Source of the DNA: Moniliella sp. 'wahieum'
Taxonomy: Eukaryota
Reading direction: 5' to 3'
DNA: 64,000 nt
Assembly (NCBI GenBank): GCA_003971905.1
Contig: RSEE01000025.1
Coordinates: forward strand, 620,001-684,000
This document shows, one piece after another, positions 1 to 11,879 of the stretch; the first letter of the stretch is position 1, and every line of letters starts with the position of its first letter. The notes below the pieces were generated by a model. That model was given only the letters and a program-made list of their open reading frames with translations. It made no database searches and was not told where the DNA came from. Both the position numbers and the translations under genes were made by a program.

Positions 1-939
1 AACGCTACAGCCAAGGCAAGGTCAAAGTGCGGTGCGACTGGACCGTACACATGCCCGCGTGAGAACGAAGACCGAGAGGTTCAGTTAGCGTCTGTAGTGA
101 ACACATGCATGATCGTATAGAGGGGGCAGGGACGAACCTTCGATCACTGCATCTGTCTTGATTCCACTGCGCTCCTTGATTAACACAAGGGGCGCCTTCC
201 CCCCCTGTGGATCTTTGACTTTGATCTGAGCCACGGCAAGTCGCCGGGTGCGAATCTCGCACTGCACCGCCCCCCCATCCAAGTTGGTGGGGATCACGAA
301 CGCAGAGCGCGATCGCACTGCGGAGCGCTTGAGTACATGGAACAATTCGTCAGGCGGAAACGTATCGGATTCGCTGAGAGCACCCAAATTAGCAAGATGA
401 ACTTCTTTCTTAAATGTCCCAGGACGGACAGCTACCCAGCCTTGGAACGAGTACATAACGTGATGTAGACTCATCAAGGGGCCCTGGGAGTCTGACAAGA
501 CAATCTCCTGGTTCCTTCGCATCATGGCCTTGGGATCTCCCAGGATTGGAGTGCCAGTGTAGGAGAAGAGAGGAGGCGAACCGGCGCCCTATCACACAGT
601 GCAGAGAAAACTCCAGAGTAAGTTTGGGGGGGTAGGAAGAGTAAAAGGGGGGACGGAACGTACGGACCCGCGCACAATAGAAACATCGGTTCGGCTGGAT
701 AGAATGGAGGACCGCTTGAGGCGAAGGAGAATAGGCTGGTCGTGGGTAGCATACTGAGGGAAGAGACCGTAATGGGCCATGCCCAGGTCAAAGCGGGATA
801 CGTAGGGTGGCGGTTCTTCTTCCCCCTCCGCCTCGGTGAGCCCCAGAGACCATACCGAGTCATCGTCATCCGAGTAGGCTGGCGAATCGGCGGCGAGGGC
901 GTCGTCCTTGGTTTTGCTGTTGCTAAAGGGCAGGATCAT
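1..939 (-). CDS. LURP-one/Tubby C-terminal-like protein, 3' end runs off the window
   Basis: ATG at 939 (MILPFSNSK...). Probable introns at ~663-590 (GTACGT...TAG) and ~105-39 (GCTAAC branch...CAG). The last exon reads VAPHFDLALAVA, resembling the LURP-one C-terminal VAPGVDLAL motif. Family assignment is from memory only. Confidence 0.5.
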
Positions 940-1401
940 TGATGTGAATGTCAGCACGGAGGGCGCGGAAGATGAGGTTTGCCGATCTCAGGCCAGCCGC
1001 GTTGCAGATATAGGGAAGCAGAATGCCATGGATGGTCGAGGGAGAGCGAAGCGGAGGTCGGAGGGTATGTGGGCTGCGAGCTGCGGACAGTGCTGCGACG
1101 CAACACGTGCTCTGCGTCAACGTCTGTTCAATGTTGCATCCAGTCAACCGCTGCGGCAATAAGCCACCACACATGACGTCACCCATTGCGCCCCCCGGAG
1201 TCTGGCAGCCTCTAACCGGCAGCACACGTGCATATCGTAGGCCTGCTGGTCTACCCCGGTATCGGTCTCGCAGACGGTGTGAAGCCTGGGGGAGCAGGTC
1301 GAAATGAAGCGACCAACATGCCAGCAACGGTACTATCGGCCCAATCAACCAACCGCGAGTTTGAACTCCCTCTTTCATTCTCATCTGAGACCAACTAGAG
1401 T

Positions 1402-1848
1402 GTGTTGAGCCACCGTGTGGGTGGCTCCAGTGTGGGCCAAACGTCCCCTTTCAGCCCCACCTCCCAAGCCTAGGAGTTCCGTGGTTTTCTCGCTCCCGTG
1501 TTTTCCTAGTTCCGCGGCCTACTTAGCCCCTAATGGCAACTGGCTGGCTGATGTTACCCTGTACTAGTAGGCGCAGCATTGACCACCATCACCACCACTA
1601 CTAGCGCCACTGCATGATGAGACCTGGAGTCCGGATGGTCCTCGAGGGTGATGCAATCGCACTGATGGTGGTGGTGGTGGTCTAAGCCAACCAGCAACGC
1701 CTACTGAGGAACATCAAGCACCGAGTCGCCACCAGGGGCTAAGCTGCGGAACAAGGAAAAACAGGAGAGAAAAACAACCGAACTCCTAGGCCTGAGGAGG
1801 AACTGAAGGGACATTGGCCAAAGCGCGAGCCACCCGGTGGCTCAACAC
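1402..1848. repeat. ~450-bp imperfect fold-back (long inverted repeat), possible MITE or hairpin RNA
   Basis: Left arm GTGTTGAGCCACC...GCCTAGGAGTTC...CTTAGCCCCT...AGTAGGCG...GACCACCATCACCACCA matches the reverse complement of the right arm colinearly up to a small central loop. No target-site duplication seen. Confidence 0.85.
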
Positions 1849-2048
1849 TGCATTGCCCTCGAGGACCAGCAGGACTCCAGGTTTTCCGCCGGGGTGGTTA
1901 TCGGGCATATGCACACACACACACAACAGTGTGTATTGAACGCTGCGAGGGTTGGCTTTGCGTCGGGCGGACTTGCGCTCGAGAGACAATTCCACCCGAC
2001 GATCGTGTTTGTGTGGCAGCTGAGAAGAAGTCGGTGGCTCTTACTATT

Positions 2049-2160
2049 GCTGCCAAGAAGGATTACAAAGTCAATCAAAGACAATCAGGGGGCGAGAAGA
2101 AGGAGCGCCACAACCTGACCTTCCACCGCCCTAAGACTCTGGCGGCTTCCCCGTAAGCCC
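2049..2160 (+). pseudogene. Decayed N-terminal fragment of ribosomal protein uL23 (RPL25/L23a)
   Basis: Reads AAKK...KKERHNLTFHRPKTL. Skipping one extra G at 2142 it continues RLPRKP, matching the eukaryotic uL23 motif FHRPKTLRLPRxPKY. It ends abruptly in a T-rich tract. Confidence 0.6.
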
Positions 2161-2683
2161 TTTTTGTTTTTATTGTAAACAGGTGCGCTCCCCCATCTAC
2201 CCTGATGGTAACAAGAAAAGGCCGGCGTTCGCTTGCACAAGGGCCAGAATGCTCTCGATGTGTCGACCCAGATTGGCTTAAACTAAACTACCTTGTTTTT
2301 TTTTGCTATGCCGCTATCCTCCGCTCTTCCCCTTCGTTCTTCCGTTCTGACAGTACTGATATCCCGTGTTATACTCTGTACTGTGGTGCACCTAAACGCA
2401 CTTTCGCCCTTTGGAAATATCCTCAAGAGCGCAAAGTTGTCCTCTGTCGTGGACCTAGACGCAGCTCCTGGACCAGGGGGAGGCTCAACAAATCTATTGC
2501 CTCGGCCAGCCAACTACTCCTCAGCACCTTACCACCACCCATGTGTATGTTTCTTCGTTACCCGTAATCGATAATCGATAATCCTTGAATGGGCCATGGT
2601 CTGCCAACTCAAAAGAACTACGTAGTACGCATGCTGCTGTACACCCATACCCTACTAGTATGGATTCAAAGTCTGCTCGACGT

Positions 2684-3829
2684 TCACTCGTTTGCCTGAC
2701 GCGGTCGTTTGGTCGCGCGACTATCATCCCACGCGCCGTGGCTCCGGCCTCCACGTGGACGGTACCCAAAGTCGGGACGGAAATTGTCCCTGTGTTCCCG
2801 TCGGTCCATCTGCGGGGCGGGAGCAAAGTTGGGACGGGCAGGGAGACCGGCCATGCGCGGCGGGCGCGGCAGAGAAGACGGGGCGGGCATCGGCGCGGGG
2901 GGCATGGAAAGGCCCATCATCCCATGGCCGGCATGCCCATCATTGGCATCATCGGCATATTCATCCCCATTGGCGGACCTGCTTGGTTCCGATCCCCACG
3001 CTGGTGGGACTGGAAGTCTCTCCCGCCTCGGCCGCGACCGCGCCCGCGTCCATCGCTCTGTCGCCCGGAGTCTTTGGGCAATACAGCATACGGGTTCCCT
3101 CGTGCCGAGAAAGCAGTTCCACTTCCATCTCCGCATCCTGATAGGGATTCTGGCTCCACCACTGCGCTAACGTCAAAGCATCCTGTTCGGAGCCAGTGAC
3201 AATGTACACCGCACCCTTGGACTTGCCATTGACCTTATGCTCCGAAAAGGTAATGTTTCGGAGTGAGATGGACACACCCGCTGCAGCGGCAGCTTGGCGA
3301 ATGTCCTCGTCCGTAGTCCACTGGTGGAGGTTAGTTCATCTTCCTCGTAACAAACAGAGAAATGGGAGGGGAGGGGCGCGTACCCAGTTGAACTCGCTCA
3401 CTGTCAAGGCGTCTTTCACGTTCGGATCAGGGTAGTGCGGCTGCTGCCAGGAACGGTTGTCATTCGAGTAGCCAGTGTCGGATTCGCCTGTAGGGCGGGG
3501 GGCGGGGGGGGCTGGGTTCGTGTACCCGCCGGAATCACGACGGGGAGGAGGGTTTGGGCTTGCAGCTTCGTCCGGGACTCGCTCTCCCGCGGGCGCTTGC
3601 GCACAATGGTAGGAGGCGAAGATGGCTCCGGTGGCGCATCTTGTGCGGCTGCTGCCGAGGCAGGTGCAGTGTAGAGGTCGTCCTATGGGGACAAGAAGGT
3701 ACATGATGTCAGTCACAGGCCGGAACTGCTTTCTGCCTCGCTGACAGGAGAAGGGGGGGGTGAAGGAGAGCGTGTTGCAGCAGGAGAGAAAGGCACACTC
3801 ACGCCATACAGGTCAAAGTCGTCTTCCAT
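2684..3829 (-). CDS. CPSF6/CPSF7 (CFIm68/59)-like RRM protein
   Basis: ATG 3829 MEDDFDLYG. Introns ~3802-3683 and ~3383-3321. RRM reads [15 protein letters not shown]...[14 protein letters not shown] (CFIm68 WWTTDED...NGxSKG signature), followed by RG- and P/M-rich tails. Frameshifts present. Confidence 0.75.
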
Positions 3830-5510
3830 TGTGGGATGGGCAGGGAAACAGGTACGCGCAGAGGACGGAAAATGCGTGTGCACAGAACACGACAGTCAAG
3901 CAGTAGACAAGAGCCAGAGGGGAAACGCGGGGGGCGGGCTAGGAAGGCGAGCGAAGTGGCGGTTGGCTGCCGCAACGTCGATCGGTTTTCACTGCCGCCA
4001 TCCATCGCAACCGAGCGGAATAGGCTACGGCAAGCTACTGCGAGCGGAACTAGGCTCGGAAGGCTTGCGACACGTGATTTGCACCGTATTGCGTCTTCTG
4101 TGTCTTGCTGCATGTTACTCCAGGGTTGAATGTTTACGTTTCAGCCGGGATGTCCGTGGGTTGTCCACACCGCGCCAGCAGCTCCACCCGGATGTTCGTA
4201 GTATTATAGACTACTGAGGGTTCGCTGGGCGTGAGTAGCAAAGGGTAGAGAGAGGTGGCGGGGTGGGTGGAGCCTTATACGCACTGAAGGCGACATCCCG
4301 AAGTCTATACCCTGGGCGCGGTTGTCAGATCATCGACGCCTCCTCCCAAAATTGCACTGCAATAAAGAGTCGAGGTTGATATAGGTCACATATAAGTATC
4401 GATCTCATCCTGAAGACCCACATAGTATCCAATAATCTATATACAGGGGCTCCATAATGCACATAAAGCGGCAGATAAGAGCCGAGTCAATGGTTAAAAG
4501 CCCGAGCGCGCCATGTGGAACTGAGAGTCCGTAGGAACCCAAGGATTTATTGGTGTTAGAATCTCTGGAGATGTGTAGAACAATGCAATGGCAAAGGTGT
4601 CGGTGATTCCCGGCTAAGCCTTCTACCACACCTGGAAGAGACAGGGAGTATACTTGTGCATCCTTCGGAGGTCAAAATAAGGGACCAATAGCGATATAAA
4701 GGCGCTTTGGTCTCTTCAATATGTGCAGCCTCTTCCATGCATCGCGAGATAGAATCCTACCGCCCATATGCTATCCATAGCGGGTTTGTACGTGAACAAG
4801 TGCGGTTGGAGGCGGGCGCCTTTTGACCAGGACATTGGAAAATGCCTACCCTGTAAAGGGCTCATCACCGAGTAGGGCAAATGAATTCTCTTCGATTGCG
4901 CCTCGCCTAATAACAAACGAGAAAAGAAGGGTCGATTGCGTGGTCTACTATAAGGGCGCAGCTGTGGATGGCGGCAGTGGAAAGGATGCGGTATGAGTAA
5001 GCAGAGAAGAGGATCCGAGTAGGAGGCGGTAGAGGTGGGCGCCCTGGTCAGTGCCGCGGCGCTGTCAAGTCCAAGTCAGTTAAGGCTCTCGTTTACATAT
5101 ACAGTGGTTATCGGCCGCCGGCGCCGTGTGTTCCTGTGGGGTAAGGGATCGCCCTCTCTGCGCCGTCAGGCCTCAGGCCTTAGGGGTCACATTTGTCCTC
5201 CCGGAGCTTTTGTCATTCCTGAAGTGTATACGCTCTTGGAGGCAGTCGTGCCCCAGAGAAGGCCCACCCATCAGTGTCGCGATTACGCACGCAAGCAGCC
5301 ACTTAGGCTCAATAGATGTGATGCCACGCTGGCGTAGTGGCGCCGGTAGTCCGTTCGGAGCCTTCGGGTTCATTCCTTGCAGCCAGGAACGAATATTCTC
5401 ATGTGCAATGCAATGCACTATACCATCTTCCTGTTGCACTCTATAATAATAGTCTTTCACGATGAGGCTGTCGAATGGATGTCCTGCACCGTGATGCGTG
5501 ATGAGATATG

Positions 5511-5540
5511 AGATCTGAGATCTGAGATCTGAGATCTGAG
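5511..5540. repeat. (AGATCTG)x4 heptamer array
   Basis: Read directly. Palindromic hexamer AGATCT plus spacer G. Confidence 0.95.
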
Positions 5541-7005
5541 AGCGCATGTGTGCCCTCCAGATGCGGTAGGCCTATTGTTGACGATGTCGGAAGCGATGAC
5601 CTTCTGCGGGGGGGGGGGTATAGTCTTGCGGCGCCTCTGGTGACCTGTGTGGGCTTTTGGTGTTATTGTGGGGCTGCGCGCGCCTTCCCCTACTTTTGCC
5701 ACGACATCATAGTCCGCCGGCGACAACCTCATCGATCATCGATCATCTCCCAACCACTGAAGTATATACGCAGGACGACGGCCACATCCTCCTCACGAAC
5801 CTGTGGTACCGCCTCCGTTCAACGTGATCAACGTACTCAACACGCATTTCTTTCGTGCAAGAGTTATGGCATTGTTTTTTGGGTTGCCGCGTTTTTCCCT
5901 TCTCTTTCCAAAAAGGTCCGACTACAACGGGGGGCCACTAGGCCACTGTGACAACACGTGATGAGTCCCGAGTCGGGTTGAGTTAGCCCATTTTCTCCCT
6001 TTGTTCGCTTCAGTCTTCTGAACACCGCATCCGTTTTCTGTGAACAACAACTATCTATTCTCTCGTTTTGATCAGAAGACGTTTCGTAAAGTCCCCGACA
6101 CACGCCCCGTATCCTGCAAAACTTACCAAACAGATAGGATTGCGCTCTGCCACTTTCGTTACAAGAGAGCAAAACTCAGCATCCTTTTCAAAGCTACTCT
6201 TCAAAGTCCAAAAGCTCCAAGCTCCACAAGCCCGTGCGTCCGGGGTTCCCTTCAATAGCTTCCATGTTAAGGTTCCGCGTTCAGCGTACGTACACAACAC
6301 AACACACGTCCGATCAATATCGCTACGGACGTGGGTGCATGGACAGTGACTAGCTTTTGACTATAAGGTAGTGCCATGGATTCCAAGAACCCAAGGAGTG
6401 GTGGTTTGTGTCTTACTATCACCGCACTGCAACTTTCAAAGTCAAAGTCGAGCAATGTTGCGTTCAAACCACGCTATCACATGGGCACCCAACCAGTGTA
6501 CAGCCCCCAGCGTTTGACAGCGCACCATTGCCATCCCCAGACCATCCCATTTGGCCCCTCTCCGCGGCGGCCAGCGTCTGGGTCTAGCTTCAGGCCCAGG
6601 CCTCAGGCCGGACTCAGGTACCATTTCCCATGCCCACGGCATGACATGGGCTGCTGTTGATGAACTCAGCGCACTCGGCATCCCCAGCTCCCCACCTGCC
6701 CATCCTCAGGCCTCAGGACCCCCACCTGGTCCTAGGCTACTGGCAGCTGGAAGAATGCGGATCTCTCTGAACGGGCGACAACCCTCAGTTTGCAGGGGTT
6801 GCCCCAAGGTTCACAACCGCTCCATCTGACCCCACTGCACATCATCTGCCTTGTCATGCATGCATCATGCCACGCCATCTTTACCGTGTGCTGGTTTGAC
6901 GCTTCAAGCTTCACATGTCACATGTCACCTGTCGAGCTGCCCATACTGAGCTCTGTCGTGTGCCATCTGCCCTCCCGCTCATGTCCAGGCCATCTGGCGT
7001 GTAGG

Positions 7006-7012
7006 TATATAA
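7006..7012 (+). promoter_or_regulatory. Putative TATA box of the alcohol dehydrogenase gene
   Basis: TATATAA ~80 bp upstream of the ATG, followed by a pyrimidine-rich leader. Confidence 0.55.
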
Positions 7013-7088
7013 TCCCGACCCCTTTCGGGCCCCGCCGTCGTTCTTCTCTCATCACAAGTCTTCGCTTACTTTTGACCCCCCCACCACC

Positions 7089-8239
7089 ATGTCTGACCCC
7101 CGCGAACAACAACTTGAGGTGCCCACCCAGGCCACCAAGGCCATCTTCGACAAGGTCGGCGGCCCATCAAGTTCGTCACCTACGACCCCAGCAAGATCCA
7201 GCTGAAGCCCGGTGAGGTCCTCGTCCGTATCACATACACTGGTGTCTGCCACACGTACGTCCCCGCTCTCTCCCTCGTTGATCCGAGATGATGTTAACGC
7301 GTTGATCCAGTGATCTGCACGCCATGCTTGGCGACTGGCCCCTCCCTACCAAGCTCCAGGCTAAGGGTGAGCCTCTGGTTGGCGGCCACGAAGGCGCTGG
7401 TGTTGTCGTCAAGCTCGGTACGGGCTCTGAGGAGTGGATCCAGAAGGGTGCCCGTGTGGTATCAAGTGGGTTGCTTCGGCCTGCCTGAACTGCGACTACT
7501 GCCGTGTGGGCTTTGAGCCCAACTGCATCCACCTCGAGAACTCGGGTTACAGCGTCGACGGTACCTTCCAGCAGTACGTTGTGGCTCCTGCCAAGTACGT
7601 GACGCCGATTCCCGACGCCCTGCCTCTCATCGATGCTGCCCCCATTCTTTGCGCCGGTGTGACTATCTACCGCGCTCTCCTTGAGGCCGGTCTGAACGTC
7701 GGTGACTGGGTTGTGCTCCCCGGCGCTGGCGGTGGATTGGGCCATCTTGGTGTGCAATACGCTGCTGCGATGGGCTTCCGTGTCATTGGTATCGACACTG
7801 GCGATGAGAAGAAGGCTCTCGTCAAGCAGCTTGGCGCCGACGCCTGGATCGACTTCCGTGAGTCGAAGGACATCGTTGCCGAGGTCAAGGCCATCACTGG
7901 TGGTCTCGGCGCCCACGCTTCCGTCGTGGCTGCCGCTTCGGAGGCCGCTTACACCAAGGTCTCGCTTACCTGCGCCCTCGCGGTACCCTCGTTGCCGTCG
8001 GCATGCCCCCCGGCACCTTCATCAAGGCTGACGTGTTCGACACCACCGTCACTGCCAAGCGCATCGTCGGTTCCATCGTGGGCAACCGTGAGGACGCCAT
8101 CGAGGCCCTCCGCCTGGCTGAGCGCGGCAAGGTCCGTGTCATCTACCACACTCGTGGCCTGTCCCAGCTCAACGAGGTTTACGCCGAGATGCACGAGGGC
8201 AAGCTCGCCGGCCGTATCGTCCTTGACGTTGACAAGTAA
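7089..8239 (+). CDS. ADH1: Zinc-dependent alcohol dehydrogenase (ADH1-like MDR family)
   Basis: Motifs [23 protein letters not shown]...[25 protein letters not shown] and GRIVLD. Intron 7255-7310 (GTACGT...CAG). Three apparent single-base deletions (~7166, ~7458, ~7953). Confidence 0.93.
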
Positions 8240-9010
8240 ACAATTCACCCTCATGCCTTTAACGACTTAACTGAACACGTCTCCATTCCTGCATGGATTT
8301 TTTACCGTCATCTCTGTTTGATTCTTTACATACTTTACATATAGCTGCATCTTTTCCTTGTGTCCAGCCCAAGGAAGCCACTAGCCAAGCACTTGAAGGC
8401 AAGCTTGAGGTGGGGAAAGTCGATGGTGAAGCCCTTGCATGACGCGTGGTGCTTGATGATCGATGATGTCAACGTTCAACTTGCAACTTTCAAGAGGCGT
8501 GCAGACTGACTGCACATTGAAATTTTAAGCTTCACTTGAAGGCTGAGCTGGGCTTGCCTCGGTTCGGCGCAAGGCGGTCCGGGCCGGGAGAGGGGAGGCC
8601 GGAGGAGAGAGACGGAGACGCCGTGTCCCCAAGCCGGTGGCGAGGTGTGGGTTGCGGTTGTGGGTCCGGGTGGCCGGCCGCAACGGGAGCCGGAACCGGC
8701 ACGCGGGCTGCTCCACCGCGTGAGTGCAGGCCTGCGCTCGCCCTCCCTCGTGCGCTGCCCCGCCGGGTACTGCGGCCTGGGCGGAGCGTGGCGGAGCAGA
8801 CGGTATTGGATCGGTCGGCGTCCCCCCAACCAGTCCGCACCAGCAGCCAGCAGCCAGCCGCACCCACCCGGCTCAGCGAACCTCTTGCATCCGACGACCC
8901 CATCGCCACTCCTGCGCTTACCTTACCGTGGCATACCTTGCGTTGACGCTTTGACGCCACACCCCTTCGCCCTTCCCTTCTTCCCCGGCCCCCACTTACC
9001 CCTACCCCCC

Positions 9011-10218
9011 ATGTCGTCCAACGAAGAGCCTCTGACACCAGCGGAGAACGCACTGGCCGGAGCGTTGGGTGGTGTTTGCCAATGCAGTCACCTATCCGCT
9101 CGACACGGTCAAAACCCGTGTCCAGGCCGGAGCACGTCGGCCCAGCACCGATGGCAAACTGCCCGCGGGCCTGCCGCCGATCCACAAGAACACCTCTCTC
9201 TTCAAGGGCGTTCTCATCTTGGCCCGGTCCGAGGGCTTTCGTGCTCTCTACAAGGGCTTTGGCGCAAATATGGTCAACACGTTCCTCATGCGTATGTGCT
9301 GCGTTTTCTCCTTCCTCCTTCCTCCTTTTGTCCTGGCCTCTCGCCGCACGACCATTCCCTTGGCCCCCGCTGGGAGCGGGAGGGGGGGAAATAAGTCGTT
9401 GAACCAAAACTAATCCGTGATGACCTATTTTGTGCCTGCGAGCAGAATTCGCCTACTTTTACGCGTACGCCAACGTGCGTCGAGTCTACTTCCGCACCAT
9501 TCTGCGCATCCCACGCGGCACACAACGTCCCGTGCTCTCGACGGCTGTGGAGCTACTGCTAGGCGCGGTAGCGGGGGCGATTGCACAACTATTCACCATT
9601 CCAGTGAGTGTGATTGCGACGCGGCAGCAGCTAGGTGCGGCGCCTTCGCCCACGTCACCACGGACGTACAAGTTGGAGCATGAGCCGGTGTCTACGGGTC
9701 CGCTTGGCTGGGCCCAGCATAAAGCCAAGAAAGTGTGGTTGGAGCTTGTGCACGACGAAGAATCGATTGTGGGCGTGACGCGCGACATTTATCGTGAAGA
9801 TGGCATTACGGGGTTTTGGCGCGGGTTCAAAGCTTCGTTGGTGCTCTGCTCCAATCCGGCCATCACGTACGGCGTGTTTGCCCGGATGAAAAATTGGGTC
9901 GTTGCCGTATCGGGTGACCACAAGATGACTCCAGGTCAATCGTTTGTCGTTGGCGCAATGTCGAAATCCTTAGCGACCATCGTCACATTTCCTTACATCC
10001 TCGCCAAGATCCGCTTGCAAGCTCGTAATGCTCAATTCAACTCCGCTTGGCGCATGTTGGTCGCCATCCTCCAAACCGAAGGCATTCAAGGTATGTACCA
10101 AGGCATGCAGGCTCAAATCACCAAATCCGTCTTGTCCCAAGCCCTCCTCTTCTTCGCTCGCGATTACTTTGAAATCTGGACCCGCGCCTTGCTCGCAGTG
10201 ACGGGGGCGAAACGGTGA
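9011..10218 (+). CDS. ANT1: Mitochondrial-carrier-family protein, most like the peroxisomal adenine nucleotide transporter (Ant1/PMP34)
   Basis: ALAGALGG.FANAVTYPLDTVKTRVQ, AQLFTIPVSVIATRQQ, LCSNPAITYG, KSLATIVTFPYILAKIRLQ and GMYQGMQAQITKSVL. Intron ~9292-9445. One frameshift near 9075. Confidence 0.85.
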
Positions 10219-11879
10219 ACGTTCACGCGTTCACGTTCAAGTGAATGAACGGTGAATGGTGAACAGTGAACGGATCGGAGCGGATCGCTCGGGTGGTGGG
10301 GTAGGGGTGTAGAAAACGAGGTGAATCGGGGTCCGGGGGGGAAATGGTATATGGCGGGGGGAGGGAGGAAGAGAGCCCTATACGTCTCTCCTCCTCTTTT
10401 TGCTTATTTTTTTGTTCTATCTCTCTCGTTTTTGCCCTCCTTTTTCCTTTTCGCACACACAGCACAGATCCGGTTGGTTTATTGCTTGTTTGTTTGCTTA
10501 TTTGCTTGTTTGTTGGTTTGCTGGTTGGTTGTTTTTTTTTGCACTTGGCCCACCACATTTTCACCCCCTTCCCTCCAGATGTCTAGACACCTACCTTACC
10601 CCCCTCCCTACCGTCGAACAATTTCACTGCCTTGCTTTTCCTCACCGCGTGGCGCCCGCCTCCCGTCCCACGGATCAGATCATTGAATCATCCCGCTTGG
10701 GCCCATAGTTCTTCAGGCCAGATACCGTGCCCTCGAGGATCTGGTGTGCTTCCCTGTCCCCATTCGCATAAGTATTCCTATTCGTATTCGGTTTGGGATT
10801 GGGATTGGGATTATCTCGATTATCCGAGACGCAACACCAAGGCCAAGCCCAAGACGCACAAGCCCAACATGCTACAGCTAGCCTGCTACAACACCCACCA
10901 ACGCCAAACAACGATGCAAATAATAGGACTGGGGAATCGGTAGCGTTGGCTGCACTGCAATAGATGGAACGGTAACAAAACACAAGTGCTAGCAATAGCT
11001 TAGCAATAGCAGTAGCATGGCATGGCAATGGCATAGCGTAGATCCAATGGGAGGGAATCGGCGGCAGGCGGGTGTGCGGGGGGCGTAGCAGAGGTAAGGT
11101 TCAAGACGTACGTTCAAGGGCATACAGGGTTTACTTGCCCAGAGGTCACGAACAAAAAAAAACAGGTTGCAAAAGGAATCGATCACGCGAAACCTTCATT
11201 GAGGTTTCGGAGAATGAAGATGAGCGCCCAGACTGGGCATTCATCATCGCAACTGCGATAATACTACGTGACCTGACAGCGTAGAAAACGTGTGTATTTC
11301 TAGAAGGATGGAATATTGTCCGCTATACCAGTTTCTCTGCTAGATGTGTGCTGTTCGTCCAGAGAGGACGTTGGGTGCGCCTCTGGCACTTGGCTTTCTT
11401 GTCGCATCGGCTGGCTCCACTCAACCCAACGGCCCAACCCTCATTAATCATTGCATACCTTCTCGATTAACGATGGCCCACCAAGCTTCTGCAACCTGTC
11501 GGACATTCTCACAGGATGAGTCAATCTCTGCGCCTGCTCTCATACGCGTTGCGCGTTCTCCTTCCCATCATGCATGCCACACTTGACTTGCATCGGACGA
11601 TTACTATATCGGAGTATTCCCCACATGTGCTTGCCACCCCTTACTTGCCAAAACGTACGCGACACTAGCAGCCAGCAATGCGGGTTCCCCATTCCAAGGC
11701 ATGGGCATGCAGTGGCGGTACCGGTAAGATATGTAATCCATCCTCGAAGAAGCTCCGTGCTCATCACCGATCCATAACCCCACATGACAAAAAAAGAGAA
11801 GCAAAACAGAGAGAGGCAGGCGGGAGGTTGAGGAGATGTTCCATCAGTGATAATGGCACCATGGTACCCTGTTACCCTG

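Noticed and set aside
6085..6250. AAAGTCCCCG resembling RNase MRP conserved region I
   Set aside because: No matching CR-V (AC...GGGGCTYA) and no P1 helix.
6330..6480. KEWWFVSYY-like stretch (and 13670-13950) as further copies of the dispersed repeat
   Set aside because: Only a few matching residues or bases and no colinear alignment; cannot be distinguished from chance.
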